A DNA stretch of 64,000 nt. It comes from Dipteris shenzhenensis (taxonomy: Eukaryota). A program made the position numbers and the translations under genes. Each line of letters starts with the position of its first letter. Within the stretch, counting starts at the first letter, position 1. Location: the NCBI GenBank assembly GCA_047967505.1, contig CM106538.1; one strand, written 5' to 3'. Below the pieces are notes generated by a model. That model did no database searches. It worked only from the letters and a program-made list of their open reading frames with translations, and was not told the DNA's origin. Positions 1 through 10,393 of this stretch are shown one piece after another.

Positions 1-1583
1 GCAGTAGTCTATTGGACAGCAGAGGAGTGGAGGACTGCAGCAGCAGAGGTTCTCACACACAATTCAGACTGGAAGCAGCCCTTACCTCTTGGGTCAAATG
101 TTGGTGCATACCGACAGCCAGTAGGAACCAGCACTTGTGCGCATAGGCACACTTTAACCATTTACTGTTTCCGCTGTGTGCATACGGACTATGTTTTTCT
201 AACAAAGAAGCCCATGAAAACTCAACGGAGGCCTAATCCAAGAGACTTGAAGCTCATAAAAGAAGAAAAGCTAATTAAATCTAAAAACAGTACTCAGTGT
301 TAATAAATTACTTCAATGCTACTTATTTGGTAATGAATTAACGGCTGATTCTAAATACTATTTGGAGGTAGATCTGTTGAAGATTGGCAGGCTGCCGTGG
401 GCATACTGCAAGATACCTTGGCTGCCAGGTTGGGATCGACATTTCAGCAGAGCAGCAAATCGCCCCGGTGCACCGTGCTGGAAGCTCTTGCACTAGACCT
501 CAGCCAAACTCTCTCTTGCAGGCAGAGCGTTGGTGGTCAACCAGGTCCTTGCTACGGCCTGGTACATAGCCTCTTGGTGGTGTGCTTTCATCAGGGATGC
601 AAGAGGCACATGAGACGGCTGGTGTGGAATTTCCTCTATACAGGATCGGATGGCACGCAGAACACTAGAGCCAGAGTCGCATGGCAGGCGTTGATTCAGC
701 CTCAAGTCACAGGGAGAACTAGGTGTCATTAATCCGGACATGTAGAGCAGAGCCCTCTTGGTCAAGTTAGTGGGACGAGGTCTCACCCCAAGCATGGAGC
801 TCTAGAAGCCCTTTAGCGCGGGCTTCTTGGGAACACACCCTGCACCGGTGGGCAGTGGCAGTATTCACTCAGATGGATCTTTTCAAAGGTCCCCTCATAG
901 GGAAGGGATCCTCCTTGATCAGGAGCCTCTTTAGAGTTTGGCAGCGGCTCTCCAGCGGACTTATTCGGCCAGCCCTTCATGCAATGAGGAGTTTGACCGT
1001 CAGCCACTTATCTAGCATCCAGAGGTCCGAGATGCAGAGGGACATATGTTAGGATAGAGGACGCACATCGGTTGGGTTTAGTGGGACAGTGGCCCAGCGA
1101 GGTCGTTCTTAGACTGGAGACAGCTTCCATGCGAGGAGACATAGGCACTTGTTCATTTGAGAGAGGCAGGCACCAGCATGATAGAGATCGACTGTAACCG
1201 GCCTTAGAACACTAAGGGCAGTTCACAAAGAAGAAAATACAGCCAACTTAATTGATTGCCTTTGTTCACAAACCAAACTCAAAGCATAGAACTTCATTGC
1301 ACAGCATCTTGGAACCATTCAAGACAAGGGAGGCTAGAATGTCCCTACTCAAAAACATAGAGAGTGACACCTATTGGCTCCAACACTTGGCGCCCCTTGC
1401 GGTTAGCTCAAAGATACAAAGGGACTCCCTTCAAGAGCTCACCCGCAGGTGCAACCCAGTACAACACTAACCCGTGGCTGTGCTAGTGACCAACTCCCAG
1501 ACATGCATAATCACAAGTATACCAGTCTGACGGCATGCCAAGCAATGCATTACCCATTTCCAAGCCATTACCGAGCCCAAGGC

Positions 1584-4500
1584 TGACACGACCCTGCAGA
1601 ATCTGACCCTATCACTAACCTAGAATCTTGTCCTCGATACAACCAGAATCATAGCGTAGGTGCCTCGATCCTCCCGACCACCCCCGAGCACGTGGGCTAC
1701 AGCTTGACTCATCCATAGGCCCGTATCTAACCCAGGCGTCCCATACCACGTGAGCCCGTCCAGAGGACCTTCGATACACCACCTATGATCCGCCATGTAG
1801 ATGGCCAGAGTCCCGGCCTGGGTCTAAGCCCCATCCATCAGTTGAGGAGCGCTCACAATAGCACTGGCCCTCCCTCTATATAGAAGGAAACCCGCTATAG
1901 ATAGCACAATGCTATGAATAGCTCCCTCCATATAAAGCGAGCATTATATATGAATCAATCTCTATATATAGCAATCTCGGCTAAAAATAGCCATCCAGCC
2001 CTATGCTATCCTGTAACCCATGTTCATCTGATATCCAACCCTAGGTACACCATGCACATGACATACTCCCCTTCCTCTAAGAACTCACTCCTGAGTTTAC
2101 TGGAAGCCCGAAAACTCTCTGTGAAGATGAGTCCATGCCAATAACTATACTCTGATTATCAGTTTGAGTGTGCTATACTTTCCATGAGATTCAAATCAAA
2201 GAAAATCTAAGGCCAAAGCCACAGTCTTTGATAACTAACCTAAGGAAAGTAAATCACTCAATCTAAACAAGGTTACATATCGTCGAGTAATCTTCTCGAG
2301 AAATCAAGTAACGCCTGAATCCACAGAGTTAATTCCGTTGACATATCCGTACACAAGCATGGTAAAATCCGTACGTGAAGGTAAATGATTCTATCAACCT
2401 TATCTATTGAGTATCCTTGAACTCAAAATCTTAGGTTGAGATCGAGAAATCACTGTTCGAACATCCCCATCAATTGAACCCCTCAAGGCCAATTTTTGGG
2501 TTGGAATTTCTATCAACCCTAATTCTTGAATTACTTAGTTTTCAAAAAATCCCTCAACGGAATACCCTTGTAATTCAAATTCTTGGGTTGAAATACATGA
2601 CAGACTTTCCATCGCAGAACAATTAGTTATCAGTTCATAACTCATGATGGAAGAATCTTCATGGAAAAGATATGGTCCCCCTGATCTATCCTCGAAATGC
2701 CCCTACATGAGGATAATCAGTAAAAAATAAGTTGGCTATATCCAGTCAATGGTACTGTTCTAGAGATGTATATAGTCAACCATCATAGGAATAACATCCT
2801 CTGTGATCCAAAGACTACAGAAACATACAATCCAAAATCTCTTAAAACAAGATCCACTATTGAATATCCTGTATAAACTTGTGCACAACAAAACCGCTGC
2901 AATCACAAGATCATCTAGTTCTTAGGATCTCTTATCTAGGAACATCAAGTTCCAAACAAGGCACTGACAGACCATCATCAGAAGAGATGCGGTAACCCTT
3001 CGTGAGATTGAGTCTAGACTATGGAGCTCCAGGGTTGAATCCAAAAAATACATGGCTTCTCTCAGGGTAAAGAATCTTAGTCAGCCCTCGTTATTTTTAA
3101 AAAAATAAAAAAATCTATTTAGGTTGCCCCCAATTCAATTCAGCCTACTTGTACTTCACCCTAGAGGTCCTTGGGTATTATTTCACGCTGGATTATACCA
3201 CCACATCAGAGAATCTTAAGTGTAATATACCTTAGTGTCCCATACCACCAAAGTATACTGCAAATAAAAAACTCAGTGGACAATATGAGTGAATCACGTA
3301 GCCAATCCCTCTTCAACTCAGATGATCCCAGATTGAGTTAGGGTGGCAAATCCGTACTCAATCCTTTTCTTAATGTGATTATATCACCCCCTTGTGTTAC
3401 AATACCCCAACCAATAGGTCAAAGAAGAAAACAGCAGGTAGCATCCCTAACAACTCTTGAATCCTGACTATCCGCGACCTCGGGCTAAAAGAGTGAGAAT
3501 CAGAATGACCCTGCCTTTGGACATGATTCAAAGAAGGTATCCAACAAGACTCATCCTGGTCTAATCAATAAGAACCTTCATATGTCCAAACGGTAACTCG
3601 AAGAAACGCCATAACTCACAATCACATCGAGATCAAAATTTCAAATAGAAACCAAACAGGAATCTATGCACCAAGATTCGAGAAAGGGAAATCCAATTGT
3701 CTTAGTTAAGTCCAGTTTAAGATGTAACAAAGTCTTAGGCATCCTCAATGTACCATATATCTAAAAAACTGCAAGATATATGGAACAAAAGTACACGTTA
3801 TATAATTTGAAAAAACCAATCAAATTATAAATGCCACTTAGTTACAAATCAAATCCAAATTAACCAAAACCTGGTCAATTTAATAACAAGACAATTTAGA
3901 ACATAATTCATACAAAATCGGGGAGCTTCTTGAACCAAGAGTGGTTCAAAAGATCCAGTCGAGCAAAAAAAAATTAGGTGTCGGTCAAAACTAAGGATTT
4001 CAACTTCTTCATCGCTTCTCAATAACTCGGAAGCAGTCTAAAGACTCTGAAACAAGCTGTCTACGTTTAGAACAGCATGAGCCTTCTTCAATATATTTCT
4101 GGTACTGAGGGGTTTTACAGTAGTGAAGAGCTGCCCAGAGTTCATCCATCAAGGAATCCATCTCTCGTAGCAGGTCATGAGGTCTACGAGGATTAATCTC
4201 CAATGTAGCCTCATCCTCCATCTCAATAAAACAGTAATCCAACGTAGGTGTCTCATTACTTTGATGTCCTTCCATGGCTGGAAAATATCTCACACGGGAG
4301 AGGGACTAGAAGAAAAACAACTGCGTCCAAACGCGTGCTCTTCACACTAACAAAAAGAGAATCTGGGGCTGTGTGGAATCAAGGAAGAAGGCGAGCAGAG
4401 GACAGCGAGAAAGATGGCGGAATCTGATAGGCTGATCTCAGACGAAAAGAGGGTGGGAAATTCGCCTTCATGCGCTGAAGTGCTGAAGTGAGAAAGAGAG

Positions 4501-5895
4501 AGAAATCCCGGGTATATAAATAGCCAGGAAGGGCCATCAAAAGCTAGGCGAATTTAGGGTGTGCTTGATTTAGAGCAAGTGCTTTTCTTGCTAGAGAAAA
4601 ACAAAAAAGCATACTGCTTTTTTTACCAAAAAACAGTCTCGCTTTTAATAGATCTGGTCCCGCTTTTCTCCAGCCAGCCAAAAATAGCCAAAATGCGCTA
4701 GATTTAGAGCAACTGCTTTCCTTGCTAGAGAAAAACAAAAAAGCAACCTGCTTTTTAACCAAAAAACAGTCTTGCTTTTAATAGATCCTGTCCCGCTTTT
4801 CTCCAGCCAACCAAAAATAGCCAAAACACGCTAAAATCAGGCCATACGCTCCTTCCCAAAGGCAAGTGCCTGCCCCCAATCATATCGCCCCTGTCTCTGA
4901 TGCCCGAATCTCCTAGACAAGCCGCTTTCTAGGCTTATGAACGCTCTCTCTTTCCTCCTACTTCTCAACTGCAGCAAATCTAGGTCTCTAGGGTAGGAAT
5001 CTCATCCTTGAGAACCTAGAGCAAATTCTTTCCCTAACCAGCCTACTGTCACGCGTCCCCACACAGCCAATCACATCAACAACCCAAGCGTGGGTAGTTA
5101 TAGGTCAGAAACGATCCATCCTCATATCTCTTGCTGAAAGCATCAAGTCTTCTCATCGCCTACCCTTCTCAAGGAATCACGATTTCCAAACACGTAGCAA
5201 CCGAGAGAGAGCACATAGCCTATGGACTTCTATTTCTTCCACAACTCTCCCAATCATGAGCGCACATCATCAGCCAACGATTCAGCCCATATATGAGCGG
5301 AAATTCAGATTTGCAAAAGCAATCTCAAAAAGCGTACCTAGAAGACATCTTTTCTGCATACCTCGCGTTGAATTCAATTGTGATAGGACGGCTCTGATAC
5401 AAGATGACACGACCCCGTAGAATCTTACCCTATCACTAACCTAGAATCTCGTCCTCGATACAACCAGAATCATAGCGCAGGTGCCTCGATCCTCCCGACC
5501 ACCCCCGAGCACGTGGGCTACAGCTCGACTCATCCATAGGCCTGTATCTAACCCAGGCGTCCCATACCACTTGAGCCTATCCAGAGGACCTTCGATACAC
5601 CACCTATGATTTACCATGTAGATGGCCAGAGTCCCGACCTGGGTCCAAGCCCCATCCATCAGTTGAGGAGCGCTCAACTGATCTACACAATAGAACTGGC
5701 CCTCCCTCTATATAGAAGGAAACCCGCTATAGATAGCACAATGCTATGAATAGCTCCCTCCATATAAAGCGAGCACTATATATGAATCAATCTCTATATA
5801 TAGCAATCTCGGCTAAAAATAGCCATCCAGCCCTATGCTATCCCGTAACCCATGTTCACCTGATATCCAACCCTAGGTACACCATGCACATGACA
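1584..5895 (-). mobile_element. Non-autonomous LTR retroelement B (LARD-like), LTRs 1584-2063 and 5405-5895
   Basis: Near-identical ~480-490-bp LTRs TGACAC...ATGACA; TSD AAGGC at 1579-1583 and 5896-5900; iMet-type PBS (minus strand TTGTATCAGAGC, 5391-5402); PPT AGAGGAAGGGGAGTA at 2064-2078; no recognisable gag/pol inside. Confidence 0.92.
4567..4832. repeat. Two-copy tandem repeat of ~134 bp inside element B
   Basis: GATTTAGAGCAA...CCAAAAATAGCCAAAA starts at 4567 and again at 4701. Confidence 0.85.
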
Positions 5896-8177
5896 AAGGC
5901 CAACCACTGCACCCCTAGGAAGAGAGTATCACAACCAGTGCCCCAATCCTCTTCCGGGCCAACAACAGGGCATCCAACTTAGTAGGAACTTAGTAGGAAT
6001 GGCTGTAGCAAAGAGTGTAGAAGGAAGATGATAGCACAGCCAACAGAAAGAGCTTGTTTCAGCCCGAAACAGCTCCAGAAGTAGGATGAGAAGCGGACAG
6101 CAAACTTTGGTAGGAGAGATCTACCTAGGAGTGTCTTCCAACACTAGAAAGGATCAGAGAGAAGTGCGTCTAGCAAGCTGTAGCAGATCAGCCAAGAATG
6201 CGTCCACCAGAACAGAGTTTACAGCCCACAAACAGCTCCGTTTTCAGTGTGCCTTGCAACAGGCAGGAGTAGGAAGAGAGGCGCCCATGAGTATGACTTC
6301 AGATGTAGAAAAGAACTTTTGTCGCGAAGAAAGTCGAAAACAGCCTCAAAAATGGCCCAGAATGAAGGCGTCCAAGTCCCACAAGCGTGCCAGCAACAAA
6401 GGGCACCAAGGGGAGGAGAACTGTCGCGAAGGAAGCATGAAATTCGAGTTCAGCAAGGAGAGGGAGAGCTACAGAAATATGCCATGAAGAGAATGAGGCT
6501 GCCCTGGTAGGGGTGAAGTCTCAAAACAGAAAGGAGAGCCAAGGAAGGGATCTAAGGGCTTCTAGAGGTGACACAAGGCAAGCAGATAGGCCACCAGGAG
6601 ACACCTAGGCAAAATGAGGTGTGGGATTTTTAATGCCCCTAGGGGGTCAAATGGCACACCATGACCCTAATGCAAAGGAACCAATGACCCTATTTTGAAG
6701 GATCTCTAGGGGGCCAGTTTTTAAAGGATGACCCCATTGAACCAAACCAATGACCTTAGAAAATGAAACCACTCTAATAGCATCAGGAGTTGCACTTGTT
6801 GCACATAAAATCATAGGTACCTTTTGGGCATTAACTAAGGGCCCTAGCCTGGTACCCTAGGCCAAATTCATTGACAGTTAGTTTAGACACTTCACCATCA
6901 CCACCACGTCCCCGTGACATACCCCCCTCTTGAAACAGCAAACTATCTTGTTGGCTGTCCCAAAATTACAGCAAATAGAAAAGGGTGTCACAATAGGCAT
7001 AAAACAGCCCATAATCAATAGTAGTACATCACATGAAGTACCAAAAATACAATGTACATACGGCAAGACTGCAGATCCATCCGTATGTCAGTGTATCAAC
7101 CAACTGGAGTGTCATGATCACTCATCGTAGAAGGATCATGGCAGAAACAGTCAGCATCAGTGCCTCGGGTGAAACCGCAGTGTCACCAAGCGACCTCTAG
7201 ATATCTTGTGAGTCTGTCTGCATTGTGGGTGTGGAGGTGCTACCGCCCCCATGAGCATCCGGTAATGCTCTACTGAACCGGCATGAGAGACTACCGTAGT
7301 AGGCTTGAGACGAAATGCCTCAAGGTAGAGCTGTAAAATCTGAGGTGAATCTGCCAATTCACTCTCTTTCATCCAGATCGCATCGTTTGCAGGATAGTTC
7401 TTGCACTTCGCACGATAGCGTCTAGTAACTCTACCATTAACTTTCCGTTCCTTGTGTGCCACAATCTGCTGAAGAATCAAGACCTCATCTTGCTCATCAA
7501 CTTCAGGCTGCTCTTCAACTGGCATATCCTGTGGCACTTCTCCATGAAAAGGCTTCAGCAAGCTAACATGGAAAGGATTGTGGATGGTCCACTGCTCAGG
7601 TAGCTTCAGCCTGTAAGCTACCTCATTGATCTTATCAAGAACTTGAAAGGGGCCGTAGTACCTCATATTCAGCTTAGTGTACAGCTTTACCTTCCCTTTC
7701 TTGTTCTTGAGGCGTGCTTCAAGAAAATGCAGCAGCACCCAATCACCTTCAGTGAAAACCAAGCCCCTGTGATGCTTATCTGCAGCTCTTTTCTGTTTAT
7801 CTTGGGTGCATTGGAGGGCACATACTCATCTGCCACACAATTTCTCCTTTGTATGCAAGATAGGAGGAATCTTCCTCGCTCCTTCCACTATTTCAAAAGG
7901 TGCCTTACCCGTGGAAGAGTGCACTGTATTGTTATATGCATACTCAATCAGTGGCAAGTACTGTTCCCACTTTGTTTTGTGCTCAGACACATAGCATTGG
8001 AGCAAATCCAAAGCTGTAGAATTTGCCTCTTCTGATTGACCATCAGACTGTGGATGATAAGAAGATGAAAACAGCAGTGAGGTTCCCATGTCTTCAAACA
8101 AACCTCTCCAGAACATGCTGGTCATCCGTGGATCTCTATCGCTCACGATAGACTCAGGCATCCCATGATACTTGAAA

Positions 8178-10393
8178 GAAAGAAAGAAAGAAAGTTTATT
8201 AAAGTCTTCGGAAGACCGATGGGTCTATGAGACTGTGAAAATCCTGATACAACGAGCTGTGGTAGTGGAGCTACTAAACGAGCGTCCATACCAATGCAAA
8301 ATGCAAAAATGCAGAATGGCAGTACTAAGTCCTAAGTCCTAATAGTCATGTCGATGGTCGACTATATATCAATCTCAGCATCATCATCAATATCATCATC
8401 ATCCCCAGCAACAGCAAGATATTAGGATGGATGAGGCAGTGGAGGCATGAAGTCGGCTAGAGTGCTGTCGGCCACTCAGAGGTGGGGTCCTGGCACGTCT
8501 CTTGGTCGCAGCTCTGTGTCTAACCAGGGCTATTGTGACCCGCGTCGGTCGGGCTCCGACTCTAAACAAGGAGGGGATGTCTCCAAGTGTGATCTGTGTG
8601 TCGACCCTCTGTCTGAGTTGTCGGGTCACGGGCTCTGGGTCACGGTCATGTCGAGGCCTCGTCTCGTTGGGGTCCATGTGATCTAGCTGAAAGAACTCCG
8701 TGATAGATTTCTGAGAGGGATCAACCGAGGAAGAAGTTTGCTCCTGTCTCTGTGCTTGGAGTATCCTCTCGTGGTGTCTAAGTGCCTCGTGAATGAAACC
8801 TACCAAACACCATTGGTCTGGGTAGGAGAGGAAATGGGCTAAACTCCCATAACTATCTCTGAAGAGGCAGTGGAAACGTCCTTGGATCTCATAGTACACA
8901 GGACACTTGAAGATGAAATGCTCCTCTGTCTCAACCTCCTGTATGTCACATAGTGTGCATATGCGCCGCTCCCTGGGTAGTCGCTGTGCTCTGCCACTCT
9001 CAATGCGAAGTCTGTGTGAAGAGACCCGGAACTGCCGAAGAGATCCTCATCGAGTGGGGTAGGTGAATCTGTGTGTATCCTGGTGGGTCAATGAAACCCT
9101 CCGGTGTGATATGTAAGAAGTGATCTCTGTAGAAGCTAAGCTTCACTGGGAGTTCACTTGGTTCCAACCAGGTCCGAAAAGTGTGTAGCTGTAGTAGATC
9201 CTCACGGATAACCTGGTTGACCTCGTGTGATAAGAGGGGAGAGAACGGAGCATCCATGCTATACTGGAAGGGAGGTAGTCTATCCATGTGGAGCCCCAGT
9301 CGCTCAAACCATCTCTCTGTATGTGCATACCAGCACCTCTGATCTCCTCCTGCTGCAAGTGCCATAGAAGAGGATAGAGCTATCCATGGTAGCCTGCTAC
9401 GCCCCGAGGTATAATCCCCATATTCCCTAACTTGGTACAGATATGTGATGACCTGAAATGTAGAATCTAGCTGTAAAGGGGGCATAGTTGTAAGACACGT
9501 TAAGACACGACACGTTAGACACGCTTTAGACACGAGTGTCTAGAGTGTCTTAAAGATAAGACACGTAAGACACGTTTGCCAGTTATAATAATATTAAATT
9601 TAAAAATATAAGTATGTATAAGTACAACTTGGTAGCATGACTAGCTGCTAGTTTTAACATTTTAGAAGTACAATGTGGTTAAGAGTGAAGACTTCTCACT
9701 TGTCAATTAAGACTTAAAAGTTAAATGCCAAGACTCGAGACTTAAAAGTTCAAAGTTAAGACTCAAGACTCATGGGCTTGCAAGTCATGACTCACAACTT
9801 TAAGGTTTAAAGTGCAAACCAACAATTTGATATTTAAAATTCCAAATTACAACTTAAAAAGAGCCTAGAGGGCTACATAGATGATAGACTGATAGTCAAT
9901 CATCATAGATCAATAAAGCTTAAACATATGTCATAAATAACTCGGCCAATGCCAACAATCTAGTAGTCACATGTTGACATGAATGAAATCTGAATCCTCA
10001 TACATATAACTGAATGGGAAACTTTTGAATGTCAAGAGTCAAGTCTCTCAAGACTCATCCTAGTCTGAATCTGCTAGGTCACTGCCAGTGCTGGATCCAA
10101 AGTCACCATCAGTGATAGTGTTAGCCTCACTATCATACTGTGGCTCCTTAGGCACCTCCTCCTCCTCCTCCTCCTCCTCCTCCTCATCCTTCCCCTCCTC
10201 CTCGTCCAAGGCATTTGCAAAGTCTAAGGTTCCAAAACGTAGGGTTTTTAAAATTTATAAAAAATTTAGAGTGTGTCTAAACGTGTCTTAAGGTAAGACA
10301 CGTGTCTTAAGTGTCTTACCATAAGACACGAGTGTCTTAACAACCATGAAAGGGGGTGACCCAAACTCAGCCTGAATGATCTGGTGAGGAACG
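8178..10393 (-). mobile_element. 5'-truncated non-LTR retrotransposon, RTEX-like, inserted in the Gypsy A integrase
   Basis: Minus-strand ORF remnant reads SSHRLRIESGR...RICTLC...ETEEHFIFKCP (CCHC); AATAAA followed by a (TTTC)n tail at 8178-8200; Gypsy integrase sequence resumes on both sides with GAAA shared (8174-8177 and 10394-10397). Confidence 0.85.
9483..10348. mobile_element. Non-autonomous hAT element (866 bp)
   Basis: 8-bp TSD AAAGGGGG at 9475-9482 and 10349-10356; TIR CATAGTTGTAAGACAC / GTGTCTTAACAACCATG; subterminal AGACAC repeats; retains an acidic poly-Glu coding stub on the minus strand near 10080-10210. Confidence 0.92.

Larger units (their letters stand above)
1193..6919 (-). 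repeat. 3' LTR of Gypsy A (1193-1583 plus 5901-6919), interrupted by element B
   Basis: Direct repeat of 14572-15516 plus 20631-21117; starts TGTAACCGGCC and ends GTGACA, followed by the minus-strand PPT. Confidence 0.93.

Noticed and set aside
1-303. Open frame at the window start as a possible upstream SWI3 exon
   Set aside because: The translation shows no SWIRM or other SWI3 similarity and has no convincing splice donor.
6086-6487. 133-aa ORF repeated at 15206-15565
   Set aside because: It lies inside the LTRs of Gypsy A, is antisense to the element and is frameshifted between the two copies.
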